In this document: positions 13,033 to 24,415 of the stretch, one piece after another
How the letters are laid out: every line of letters starts with the position of its first letter
Position numbering within the stretch: the stretch's first letter is position 1
Source: Eledone cirrhosa
Lineage: Eukaryota
Direction: 5' to 3'
NCBI GenBank assembly: GCA_964016885.1
Contig: OZ024761.1
Span: forward strand, 13,454,001-13,518,000
Length of the DNA: 64,000 nucleotides
Program-made: the position numbers and the translations under genes
Notes under the pieces: model-generated
Told to the model about the DNA's origin: nothing
Seen by the model: the letters and a program-made list of their open reading frames with translations, nothing else
Databases searched by the model: none

Positions 13033-13644
13033 TCATCATCACCGTTTTACGTCCGTTCTTCCACGCTAGCATGGGTTAGACGGGTTGTCCTGTTGTGGGC
13101 AGTGTCTGGTCGGCTGACCTTGTCTTGCTCATACAGGAACTGATTTGGCTTGATTTCTACAGCTAGATGCCCTTCCTAACACCAACCTAATTTACAGTGA
13201 GTGCTGGGTGCTTTTTCGTGGCGCCTACACGTCCACTTTACAGTGTGGGCTGGGTGCTTTTTTGCCGTGGCACCTCCACGACTACCTTGCGGTGGGGGTA
13301 TATTGTCTATATGCTTCTGCTTGTACCCATGGGAGGTCGGGTACTCTGTATTACTGCGTGACGCCAGAGGTCACGGTCGTGTGTCATCGCCTTTGAGAGG
13401 TGTAATTGGGTAAGGTCGGCTTTTATCACCTCATCCCAGGTCATCTTGGGTCTCCCCACTCCGCGGTTTCCATCGACTTCTAGTGCTCTGCACCTTTTTA
13501 TGCAGCTGTCATCCTTCATACGCATCACATGTCCATACCAGTGCAACCGCCTCTCCTGCACACAGCATTTGATTCCTCTTATGCTTAGTCTCTCTCTCAA
13601 TTCATTTATGCTTTGTCGTTCACGTATATTACTGTTACACATCC
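13033..13644 (-). mobile_element. Young 5'-truncated copy of the RTE LINE 3' end
   Basis: nearly identical to 10727-11345 (WMCNSNIRERQSI..GRPKMTWDEVIK). Confidence 0.93.
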
Positions 13645-14526
13645 ATGTATGGGTATATATATATGTGTGTGTGCTTATGGGTATATATATATATATATAT
13701 AGGAACGAGTAGGACCCCAACGGCTGAGCTCAAGCTGTTTCGACGGCTAATTCTGGACTAAATGAAAATTTTTATCCTGGTATATGAATAGCCGAGCTTC
13801 TCAGTGGGTAATTCCATATATGGTAAAAGTGATTGTCACAAGGATTGGTCAAAAGTTTGTTGTTGAGACACATAATTCTATCATGGCAATTTGTGGAAGG
13901 AAGGGGTAGCTGAACCTGCCAGTAGAAGAAAGAGGGAGAGGGAGTGGAAGAAACCCAGTCGTGCGATGATAGTGCCAATTACAGCAGGGCAGGAGGTCAA
14001 GCAAGTATACTAGGGAGGGGAGGGGGAGGAAGTCGAAACAATAAGTAAATCAATATGGAGTAAATATATAGAAGAATAATAAGAATGTTAAAAATATAAT
14101 AAAACAATTTCTGGTTACTATTCCCTAACCACAATCATCAAGTCTCTCACTGGTACTGCTAAACTATAGAACAGTTTACTAGGTGGGACGGAATTGTAAT
14201 GAGACCATTTTAAGAGTTAGTAGTAATCAACCGAGTATATCTTACAGTGACAAGTCAACAAGTGGGGGGGGGGGGCAAAAAACTAAAGAAACTACCCCGA
14301 AATAATAATTCAGAGTCCCGAAACTAATACGAAATAATTGTTTCTACCCTAGGCAACCACCCAGTGCAAAAAATAAACTAATGCGAAATAATAATTCAGA
14401 ATCCCGAAAATGAATACTAATACTATCTCTAAGGGTGCCGCTACGATACAAAAATTCTAGTGCAAACTACATAAATGCTCGTACGAAGTATATGAAAAAT
14501 TTGATACGGAAAATTAATTCAGAATT

Positions 14527-14960
14527 GGTGACACAAAAAAGCACCCAGTACACACTGTAAAGTGGTCATGTAAGTGTCACGACAAAAAGCACCCAGTCCA
14601 CACTGCAAAGTGGTCATGTAGGTGTCATGACAAAAAGCACCCAGTCCACACTGTAAAGTGGTGTAGGTATCATGACAAAAAGCACCCAGTACACACTGTA
14701 AAGTGGTCATGTAAGTGTCACGACAAAAAGCACCCAGTACACACTGTAAAGTATTCATGTAGGTGACACAACAAAGAGCACACAGTACTCATTGTAAATT
14801 AGGTTGGCATTAGGAAGGGCATACAACCATAGAACCAAGCCAAAATTAGTTCTGTATGAGCAAGACATGGTCACCTGACCTGGCATTGCTCTCAACAGGA
14901 CAACTTGTCTAACCCATACTAGCGTGGAAAAAATGGATGTTAAACGGTGGTGATGATGAT
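14527..14960 (+). mobile_element. RTE 3' UTR fragment with a tandemly amplified 48-bp unit
   Basis: about 5 copies of gtcacgacaaaaagcacccagtacacactgtaaagtggtcatgtaagt, then ttaggaagggc.. and a (gat)n tail. Confidence 0.8.
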
Positions 14961-15879
14961 ATATATAGCAAAAGTAAAACTAAATATATATACAATGTAT
15001 GTAGAGAATTATATATGATTGTATATAATTGACAGGTCTTTTCAGAATTGTTGGTGTTAGGAAGGGCAACCAGCCATTGAAACCAAGCCAAAATACAGAT
15101 CAGATCCGTATGAGCAATACATGGTCACTTGACCTGACTTATCTCATAATGTGACAACCTGTCTAACCCATTGCTGGTGTGGAAAAATAGACATTAAATA
15201 ATGACTGTGATGATTGTGTGTGTGTGTGAGAACACTATATGTCATTTTACATGTCACCAGTAAACTCTACCAATCCCCCCCCCCCCCCCCACCTCTACCA
15301 CACACACCTTATTGTCACTATCTTATTATCTGACAGATATTACTACATCTTTGCACTTTAGAATGAGGTGTGTTGATAATGGTTTGATGGTGGATTTGTT
15401 GTTTGGTTGGTTGGCTGGTTTGCTTGGATGGTTGGTTGGGTCTTGAGTGATTTAATGATAGGGACCCCAGTCCCTATCATCTCATTTCTACAGCTGAGTA
15501 AACTGGAGCAACGTAAAATAAAGTGTCTTGCTCAAGGAAACAACACATCACCCGGTCCGAGAATTGAACTCACAACCTTTCCATTGCAAGCCGAATGCTC
15601 TAACCACTAAGCCATGCGCCTTCACACTTCTGACTGGATATGGTGGTTTAAATACTAAAGAGTTAACTGAAACTTTATTATGTGTTTATTTTTGTTATCT
15701 TTTTTTTTTTTTATTCAGATTTATTTTCATCAAAATGTTTGAAATTATTTTCTTGAGACAAGAAAGAATTTTTTGGAAAGGCTGTTAAAAATAATAAGGT
15801 ATCTTCTGGATCAAAAGAATGTTTGTCATGATTCAACATAACAGGTAAATAGTTCTATATTTCCTTTTATATTCTTGTT

Positions 15880-16094
15880 TTAACCCTTTAGCATTTACAT
15901 TACTTTACTATTGTATTTTTGTGGTAAAGGCTTTATCTCACATAATATGGAATCTATCAGATTTTGATGATGATATGATTTATTTTGAGAACAATACATT
16001 AACATTAGTATGAGCGGCTGATTATGGCTGGTTTGAACAGAAAGAGGTGAGAGAATTCTGGGTGGATGCAGCCGGTTTAAATATTAAAGGGTTA
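15880..16094. mobile_element. piggyBac-type MITE
   Basis: TTAA + CCCTTTAGCATTTA...TAAATATTAAAGGG termini; same family at 21034, 23311 and 48846. Confidence 0.75.
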
Positions 16095-16560
16095 CATATT
16101 TTCAACCGAATTGAAGACAGCGAGTTTAGCTTTTATGCCTACCTCCCTTCTGGTTACTGAATGTTGGAGCTGGCGCATTACTGCACCAGCTTTTGCAATT
16201 CTTGCACTTAATTCAGCCTCCTGCCTTCCATCACTCGTGAACACAGCCCCGAGGTACTTGAACTTCTCTACCTGCTTTTGTGGGACTCTATTCACGGGTA
16301 GTGTGCAGAGAGTAACTCTAGACAGAGCCACTGCTTCTCCAAATTAAGATACTATGGGCATGGGGTTAGAATGTCACTGGACAGATTTTATGGGCAAAAC
16401 CAACAAGTAGGAGACCCAGGGGTAGACCCACCCCAAGCAAGATGGTTGGATAACATCCTTGAGCTTGGCTGGTCTCGCTTGGGGATCAAGCCAGATCAGT
16501 TGGAGACGGTTGCTTCTGAAGTTTGATTTTGAAAAATGCTAATCACAGCTGCAACTTCGA
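16095..16560 (+). mobile_element. RTE-like LINE fragment with 5' inversion (second family)
   Basis: 16095-16345 antisense to QVEKFKYLGAVFTSDG..ARIAKAG; from 16345 sense LRYYGH..RM..RRPRGRP..RWLDNI. Confidence 0.7.
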
Positions 16561-16572
16561 TTTTACTCAATT

Positions 16573-16618
<46 letters not shown>

Positions 16619-16649
16619 ATATATATATAATTTCATTTTCATTTCATTT

Positions 16650-16970
16650 TACGTCCGCTTTTTCCCTGCTTGCAAGGGTGGGACGGGAATTGATTCTGGC
16701 TTGATTTCTACAGCTGGATGCCCTTCCTAACACCAACCTCCTTTACAGTGAGTGCTGGGTGCTTTTTTGCCGTGGCACCTCCACGACCACTTTACTGTGG
16801 AATGATATGGACCCCAGTCCCTATCATCTCATTTCTACAGCTGAGTAAACTGGAGCAATGTGAAATAAAGGGTCTTGCTCAAGGAAACAACACATCACCC
16901 GGTCTGAGAATTGAACTCACAACCTTTCGATTGCAAGGCCAATGCTCTAACCACTAAGCCATGTGCCGCC
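16650..16970 (-). mobile_element. Composite SINE: tRNA-derived head + central domain + RTE-derived 3' tail
   Basis: same architecture at 39884-40221 and 44196-44606; tail matches 11094-11345. Confidence 0.8.
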
Positions 16971-16995
16971 ATATGTGTGTGTGTGTGTATATATA

Positions 16996-17215
16996 TCGAC
17001 AGTCGATCGACTTTTGTCAAATCGGACCGAGGAACTAATGTTTCCATGGGTCTTTCCAATTGCTAGTACTATCTATCGGTCGCAACTCCAGGTAGGAGCA
17101 ACATGAAATAAAGTGTCTTGCTCAAGGACATAACGCATCGCCCGGTTCGGGAATCGAACTCACGACCCCACGATTGTGAATCCAATTCTCTAACCACTCA
17201 GCCATACGCCTTCAC
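16996..17215 (-). mobile_element. tRNA-derived SINE (family 1 variant)
   Basis: reverse complement gaaggcgtatggctgagtggttagag..gagttcgattcc (A/B boxes); sibling at 24181-24415. Confidence 0.8.
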
Positions 17216-17285
17216 CTATATATATAGCGGCGATGAATTAGTTTAGCGAGGTTTTTTATATGAAATCGTGTGTCGAAACCGTCGG

Positions 17286-17365
17286 TCAGTCAATGGCAAC
17301 ATTGAGGACCAATTAAGTTAGATCGCAGATATAAAAGACAGCGAGAAGCGAAAACCAACCAAACA
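17286..17365 (+). promoter_or_regulatory. Probable transcription start and non-coding first exon of the TMEM45-like gene
   Basis: CpG-containing unique stretch with Inr-like TCAGTC, ending at donor GTGAGT (17366); matching acceptor polypyrimidine-TGCAG ends at 19015, 7 nt before the ATG. Confidence 0.45.
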
Positions 17366-17418
17366 GTGAGTGTGTTCTGTTATTAATTCTGGCAATATTA
17401 CACAAATATGACCCTCAA

Positions 17419-17461
<43 letters not shown>

Positions 17462-17527
17462 AGTTTCAGAAGATCCCGTTAAGGGTGAAAGCAGCGATTC
17501 TTTGCTTAAACTTTAATCTGTTATTTA

Positions 17528-17571
<44 letters not shown>

Positions 17572-17640
17572 GGTGACTTTTATTGTAGCACAATAAAGCA
17601 ATGCAAGTAGCACTCTACTGTTTGTAGGGCTGGAGTATAA

Positions 17641-17984
17641 ATAATATAAGATCAAAAGATGGTTAAAAGAGTTCCAAGTATTTCATTATGCGCATTTCAA
17701 AAACAAATATCATCATGGGATGATATCTGTGTTCTCATCAGATAAAATAGGGAGACAGGATATGAAGCTTAAAAAACACTTGTGAATAGTGAAGTTTTAA
17801 ATCAACATATCAACATATATTGATTTAAAACTTCACTATTCACGAGTGTTTTTTAAGCTTCATATCCTGTCTCCCTATTTTATCTGATGAGAACACAGAT
17901 ATCATCCCATGATGATATTTGTTTTTGAAATGCGCATAATGAAATACTTGGAACTCTTTTAGCCATCTTTTGATCTTATATTAT
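17641..17984. repeat. ~170-bp-arm palindrome of a PLE-type terminus, with a hammerhead motif in each arm
   Basis: arms 17641-~17810 and ~17815-17984 are near-perfect reverse complements. Confidence 0.9.
17880..17939 (+). ncRNA. Type I hammerhead ribozyme motif (possibly decayed)
   Basis: stem I ttat/ataa, CTGATGA, long stem II (..agatatcatc-ccat-gatgatattt..), GAAA tgcgc. Confidence 0.55.
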
Positions 17985-18087
17985 ATATATTATATATATA
18001 TATATCATCATCATCATCATCATCATGATATATATATATTTATTTATATATATATATATATATGATGATATATATATATATATGCGC

Positions 18088-18574
18088 TATAAGAATCAGG
18101 GAACAAAGAGTCAGTGTTGCATCATAACATATTTAATGTTATGATGCAACACTGACTCTTTGTTCCTTTATTCTTATACTATTATACTCTGCTCTGTATG
18201 TTGTATGTGTATATATATATCTTATATAAATAAGACACACGTGCATGCCCAACGTGTAACTATTGCATACACTAACTACTTCAAACTATTCTCTTGCTTT
18301 ATCTTCGTAAACTGCCAATGTTGTATTTTAACTTTAATTTTGTCCTTTAATATGACTTTAATCTTTGTATGTAAATTGCCATGCTATATTATTATAATGG
18401 ATGTCAACCCACTGTGCATCAGTATATACATATGTTTCTATATGTCTCTTGTGTTGGAAAGGAGGTCAAGTATGTAAAAAATCATTGAAAAATTGCTCCG
18501 AAGACTCCAAACCTCGGTTTGGAAGAAACAATTGTAAGCGAATAAATGGTTTAAACAGAACTTTGATTTATGTA

Positions 18575-18578
<4 letters not shown>
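18088..18578 (+). mobile_element. PLE-type 3' terminal fragment starting with a ~43-bp-arm hairpin
   Basis: hairpin at 18088-18178; hammerhead-like motif followed by AATAAA; (TA)n flanks. Confidence 0.55.
18494..18540 (+). ncRNA. Hammerhead ribozyme variant with CCGAAGA core
   Basis: tgct-CCGAAGA-c-tccaaac(ctcg)gtttgga-a-GAAAC-aatt-GTA-agcg. Confidence 0.55.
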
Positions 18579-18605
<27 letters not shown>

Positions 18606-18885
18606 TACGATATTAAACAAATGGAAACTATATTTATAAAACCATATTTATTTCGTTATATATATTTCTGGGATATCATATTAAAAATATGGTATGCCTT
18701 CCTCAGACAAAATACAATACATAAGCTGTTTTATAAATAATTATTGACATACCTTATAATAATGCAACTTCCATTTAAAAAGTTGATTTGGTAGTGAATT
18801 ATAAAATATTTACTCGTTGTAACCCAACAATCTTAAATAAAACTTTTGCATATATATATATATATATATATTTGTGTATTTTCTT

Positions 18886-18926
<41 letters not shown>

Positions 18927-19022
18927 GTAGTAAAAAAAAAAATTGATGAAATTCCTAACTTTCTCATAAAGTATCTTATTTCATTTTATTTTATTTCATT
19001 GTCTGTGTATTGCAGCTAAACT

Positions 19023-20000
19023 ATGGTGCACAGTGCAGCAAATGTGAGTGCAGGGATGAGTGATGGACACAGCAGCAGCAGTGAACCATCTTGTACATAC
19101 ATAGACTTCCTTGTCCTCGGAGTATTGTTCATATTGTACTCACTATGGTGGACTATACAGACAACACGTATCTACTATTTCATGAGGTGGAAACACATCG
19201 AGTTCCGTTCATCACTCGTCTACCCTTGCAGCAAACAGCGATGCAGGCAATCCCTACAGAGTGCCGTGGAGATCGGGCTAATCATCTGTGGCCTTCTGCT
19301 CGTCACAAATTACCGAAATGTGCCTGGAATAGACTGGAGCAGTGATGGTGGTAGTGGTGCTAATAGCAGTAGTGGTGGTACTGAAGGGCACAATATAAAA
19401 AGCAGTATGTTAAAGCTAAGGTCTTGCATAATCCTCGTGGCTTTTGGACTTTCGTGTCTGGTGAACGTTGGATCACAGATGTTCACGTACAGCCTACCAC
19501 AGGGTCTTGATTATTGCATTTTTATATTTGCATTCGGTGTTGAGGCTATATTGTTCGGACACTATGTGATGGATGATGAGCGAGATGACAGCCTGGCATC
19601 AATCGGCGAGAACCTGGTCACCTACTGTGCCGTAATGACGGTTATAGTGACTATACTGGAGTTCCACTATCGTGGTCAGGTGGTTTTTCCCTTCGTTCGC
19701 TCGTTCGTCACGCTCGTTCAGGGCACATGGCTGTGCCACTATGGTGCGATCATCTGTTCACCGTACAAATGGGATGTCACCGAATACAACATCAGTATTC
19801 TGTCCACGTACTTTGCTGCCCACGGTATGGCCAGCTTTGTGGTCATCTTCATCATCTGGTCAGTTACCTACAAACTGGCCCTGACTGATCGATGCTGCTG
19901 CTTGCCGGTCAGCCTAGAGAAAACCAATGAAGTCTTCCTGGAGAACCGAGTACATTTCAACTACCGAATGCTTGACAGACTCGGTTCCGATGCCGAATAA
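19023..20000 (+). CDS. TMEM45: TMEM45/DUF716-family multi-pass membrane protein, single coding exon, divergent
   Basis: 325 aa with about 7 hydrophobic segments; motifs G.LF....LWW, LPQGLDY...AF.VE.ILF, LE....VV....RS...LVQGTW, F..H match recalled TMEM45A/B; splice acceptor immediately upstream. Confidence 0.85.
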   Translation: MVHSAANVSAGMSDGHSSSSEPSCTYIDFLVLGVLFILYSLWWTIQTTRIYYFMRWKHIEFRSSLVYPCSKQRCRQSLQSAVEIGLIICGLLLVTNYRNVPGIDWSSDGGSGANSSSGGTEGHNIKSSMLKLRSCIILVAFGLSCLVNVGSQMFTYSLPQGLDYCIFIFAFGVEAILFGHYVMDDERDDSLASIGENLVTYCAVMTVIVTILEFHYRGQVVFPFVRSFVTLVQGTWLCHYGAIICSPYKWDVTEYNISILSTYFAAHGMASFVVIFIIWSVTYKLALTDRCCCLPVSLEKTNEVFLENRVHFNYRMLDRLGSDAE

Positions 20001-20206
20001 CAGTAAAAACAAAAAACAAAAAAAAAAAAAAAATGTGGCGTACAGGGGAGATAACTCAACAGGAAACACAGCAAAAGAATTATTCTTTTTTTTTTTTTTA
20101 AATAATGAGTATTTTTTTATTATTTATTTTAATTTTTTCATGCATTCTTGTTTCCTGTAATCTGATATATATATATATAAATATATATATTTATATATAT
20201 ATATAT

Positions 20207-20300
20207 ATAGTATGTCCCCCCAAAAAATGTATACACACTTTGATACCTGTACAGGCAAGAATTATTAGAATGGTGTATATATTTTTTGTGGGGACACTAT
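20207..20300. mobile_element. Degenerate TA-flanked MITE remnant
   Basis: imperfect TIRs tagtatgtccccc-aaaaaatgtatacac / gtgtatatattttttgtggggacacta. Confidence 0.45.
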
Positions 20301-20367
20301 ATATATATACGTACATATATACTCACACACATATATACATAATCATATGTGTGTGTATGTATGTATG

Positions 20368-20427
<60 letters not shown>

Positions 20428-20703
20428 AGTGCATACATACCTATATATATATTTTAGTTTTTCAATTTTCTTTAAAATCTAGTCCATTTGTGAAACAACC
20501 ATTTTTTTCTAGAAACGTTTTTTTCCTAAAGGAATTGTGATTGTAGAACACCGTCTGTTGTTCCAGACATGCACGGGTTTCATGCATGGGTTTGATGGGT
20601 CCTTCTCAGTACAGCATCTTTCCACTTATGTATATATATATTCATGTCATTATAAATAGAGGAAGTAGCTTATGGAATTTAGTTTCATATGTATCTATGT
20701 GTG

Positions 20704-20757
<54 letters not shown>

Positions 20758-21033
20758 TAAATTTAGTCCTTCATCAGTGATCTTCCAACCTTCATTGGTA
20801 TTTCATCGCTTTACAGACCATATACCTCCGGTTGGTGCGAGCAACGGATGAAGAAAGTCGTTGGGACACGTAAATAAGGGGAACGAGTGAGACTGTAAAC
20901 AATCAAAGATGGTAATGCAACGAAAAGTGAGGAAGAAGGAGTCAAGTCCCAGAAATCGATGAATATAAGTTCTGTGAAATCGTGGACGAGAGAGAATAAA
21001 GACCAAATATAAGACAATCAAATTTTTGCTAAA

Positions 21034-21464
21034 CCCTTTAGCATTTAAACCGGCCATATCCGGCCAGAATTATCTCACCTCTTTCTGGTCAAAACCAACC
21101 ATAACTGGCCATTTTATACTGACATTAAGGTATTGTTCTAAAAATAAATAACTTCAAAATCTCGTAGATTCGATACTATGTGAGATAATTATGTAAGATA
21201 AAGCCTTTACTGTGAAAATACAATAGTATTTTTAGAATAATTGTTTCTACTTTAGGCACAAGGCCAGCAATTACCCAGTGCATTACTGGTACTTTATTTT
21301 ATCGACCCCGTAAGGATGAAAGGCAAAGTCAACCTCGGCGGGATTTGAACTCAGATCGTAAAGGGACGTAACTATGCTGGAAAGCATGGCGTCCGACCCT
21401 CTACCGATACTGCCAATCTACCGCCCTTAGTATTTATAGAATAATGTAAATGCTAAAGGGTTAA
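21034..21464. mobile_element. piggyBac-type MITE containing a SINE (21237-21428), inserted in a PLE palindrome arm
   Basis: CCCTTTAGCATTTA..TAAATGCTAAAGGG-TTAA; the opposite palindrome arm shows the empty site gtaTTAAgca. Confidence 0.8.
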
Positions 21465-21565
21465 TACATTTAATTGCTGACAATCGTTTCTTCCAGACAT
21501 CAGACACTTGTCTGGAAGACACGATCGTCAGCAATTAAATGTATTAAGCAAAAATTTGATTGTTT
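21461..21565. repeat. PLE-terminus fold-back palindrome carrying the 3' half of a hammerhead
   Basis: ttaatacatttaattgctgac..cttccagaca / tgtctggaag..gtcagcaattaaatgtattaa. Confidence 0.75.
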
Positions 21566-21689
21566 TATATTTTGTATCTCAGCTCTGTAATACATCTGAT
21601 AATTTACATTGAGCTTTTTCTATTACTGGTAACTGGGTAGTGCTTAATACTACCCTTCACATTTATAATTCTATATAACTCATATATGT

Positions 21690-22075
21690 CTAAGGCGGGT
21701 AAAATTCCCGAGATCCATGGACGAGTTCTCTCCAGCGGTCTCTGTCCCTCATTATCGCTGCCATGTCCTGCATCTCCAACAGACCAGTGTCTGTCCTTAG
21801 GGCATCAACATACGTTAACCTTGGTCTTCCTCTTCTAGTGTGTCCATGTAGGGGCTCCCAAAGGAGTCCTGAGTGCAATGTCAACTCTGGATGTCGGTGA
21901 GCATGTCCAGCTAACCTCAGTCTCCTCTGTGTCATTGCTGTAGTGGAGTCTGTGCTGCTGTATGGGTCTGAGACTTGGACACTGACCAAGAAACTCACTC
22001 AGATGGTGGATGGGTGCTACACGAGAATGCTGAGGATGGCTCTGAACATTAATCAGTATACACTGAGGATGAAAA
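21690..22075 (-). mobile_element. RTE-like LINE 3' fragment with 5' inversion (same family as 2534-3102)
   Basis: QRRLRLAGHAHRHPE..GSREFYPP on the minus strand; VESVLLYGSETWTLTK..RMLRMAL on the plus strand. Confidence 0.85.
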
Positions 22076-22092
22076 CTCATATATAAGTATAA

Positions 22093-22285
22093 ATAATTGT
22101 TTCTACTTTTGGCACAAGGCCAGCAATTATTCCAGGGTATTACTGGTACTTTATTTTATCGACCCCCGTAAGGATGAAAGGCAAAGTTAACCTCGGTGGG
22201 ATTTGAAATCAGTCCGAAAAGGGACGTAACTGTGCTGCAAAGCATGGCGTCCGACCCTCTACCGATACTGCCAATCCACCGCCCT
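22093..22285 (-). mobile_element. tRNA-derived SINE family 2 with TSD-like flanks
   Basis: central gcctttcatccttacggggtcgataaaataaagtacc; flanks tatataagtataaataat on both sides. Confidence 0.85.
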
Positions 22286-22567
22286 TGTATATAAGTATAA
22301 ATAATATTATTAGTATATATATATATACACACATACACATACAACATACAGAAAATAGTAGTATTTGGTACTGTACATTTATTATAATAATAAAGTCATT
22401 GTGTACAGTGCTCAGGTGCACTACAACTCATCAAAGGTGCATGTATAGTACATAGAATAATGTACAAATGTCAGGAAAGTGAACAGAATACCCCCTGGGT
22501 TTACAGATATATATAAGCAACATATAGAAACTAGCACTATTAGGTACTGTACATTTATTACAAAGTG

Positions 22568-22765
22568 TACCCCTGGACTTACAAATATAGAGTACTCCAG
22601 GACTTACATATTACATAGTACCCCAGGACTTATATATTACATAGAGTACTCCAGGACTTACATATTACATAGTACCCCAGGACTTATATATTACATAGAG
22701 TACCCCAGGACTTACATATTACATAGTACCCCAGGACTTATATATTGCATAGAGTACCCCAGGAC
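22568..22765. repeat. Minisatellite, alternating ~26/28-bp units (agtacyccaggacttayatattacat)
   Basis: direct reading, about 7 units. Confidence 0.85.
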
Positions 22766-23310
22766 CTAAATATATACAACTCAGCTTGGCTTGGCTCAAC
22801 TCAACATATACATTTACCCAAACACACACATACACATACACTCACACACAGCATAGCAAATGGAACACTAGATGCTGTTTTGCTATAGATTTCTCACCAT
22901 TCCCTTCCTTCCTTTTACACACACATACATTCACATAAACACACACACATTGTGTGATGGATGAAAGTCATTCAAATTTATATATAGATATCATCATCAT
23001 GGTTTTAATTATATGCTTTCCCTGCTGGCAAGGGTTGGACAAGTCTACATAGACCAAGTCAATACTGAAGTAGTGGCTACTGATCTCCCAGACTGGCGGC
23101 AGGGTCGGTGGGTTTCGGGGCTCTGCTTCTCGCTTACATAAGGTCTCGCATTCTACAGAGTGCTTGGTAGAGGTTATCATGTCTTTGACACAACTAAAAG
23201 ACCCTTCCAACCATTTGTTTGGCGCACTCACTATTGCTGGATGCCCTTCCTACTACCAACCACTTTACAACATGTACTTGGTATGTTTATCTCATAGTCA
23301 TCATCATCAT

Positions 23311-23535
23311 TTAACCCTTTAATATTTACATTACTCTATTTACTATAATATTTTCACTGTAAAGTCTTTACCTCACATAATTATCTCATAATATCGAATC
23401 TACAAGATTTTGATATTATTTATTTTGAGAACAATACTTTAATATCAGTATGAATGGCCAGTTACAGCCAGTTTGAACAGAAAGAGGTGAGAGAATTCTG
23501 GCTGGATATGGCCAGTTTAAATGCTAAAGGGTTAA
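23311..23535. mobile_element. piggyBac-type MITE with TTAA target duplication
   Basis: splits an RTE tail: catcatcat-TTAA [MITE] TTAA-tgtccatttt. Confidence 0.85.
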
Positions 23536-24160
23536 TGTCCATTTTTTCCAAGCTAGCATGGGTTAGATGAGCTGTCCCATTTGAAACAAGTTTGATCAGA
23601 TGATCATTTCGTACTCATACAGAACTGTTTCTGGCTTGGTTTTTATGACTAGATGCCCTTCCTAACACCAACCATATTTACTGTGTGGACTGAGTGTTAT
23701 TCATCGTGTCACCAAAACAACCGACTGACTTGTTGGACTGGGAGCTTTTCCTTGTGTCACAAACACAACCTCTTTACAGGGTGGATAGGTGCTTTTTGTC
23801 ATGTCACCAACACGTCTCTTTACAGGGTGGACTGGGTGCTTTTTGTCATGTCACCAACATGACCTCTTTACAGGGTGGACTAGGTGCTTTTTGTCATGAC
23901 ACTTACATGACCACTTTACAGTGTGGACTGGGTGCTTTTTGTCGTGACACTTACATGACCTCTTTACAGGGTGGACTGAGAGCTTTTTGTCATGTCACCA
24001 ACACAACCTCTTTACAGGGTGGACCGGGTGCTTTTTGTTGTGTCACCAATTTGACCTCTTTACAGAGTGGACTGGGTGTTTTTTGTCGTGTCACCAACAC
24101 AACCTCTTTATAGGGTGAACTGGGTGCTTTTTTTCGTGTCACAGGATGGGCCGGGTGCTT
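23536..24160 (-). mobile_element. RTE 3' UTR fragment with ~48-bp tandem array
   Basis: repeats of acctctttacagggtggactgggtgctttttgtcatgtcaccaac. Confidence 0.8.
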
Positions 24161-24180
24161 TTATAGTATATGTATAAATA

Positions 24181-24415
24181 GTGAAGGCGCGTAGCTTAGT
24201 GGTTAGAGAGTCGGATTCGCAATTGTGAGGTTGTGAGTTCAATTCTCGAACTAGGCGATGCGTTATGTCCTTGAGCAAGACACTTTATTTCACGTTGCGA
24301 CTGGTAGATAGTATCAGCAATGGCAAGACCAATGGAAACATTGTTTCCTTGGTCTGATTTTCTGAGGTCCACCCCACTCAGCAAGTAAAGGAGCTCTGGG
24401 ATCTTGTCGATTGAT
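24181..24415 (+). mobile_element. tRNA-derived SINE (family 1 variant)
   Basis: gaaggcgcgtagcttagtggttagag..gagttcaattc..tgtccttgagcaagacacttt. Confidence 0.8.
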
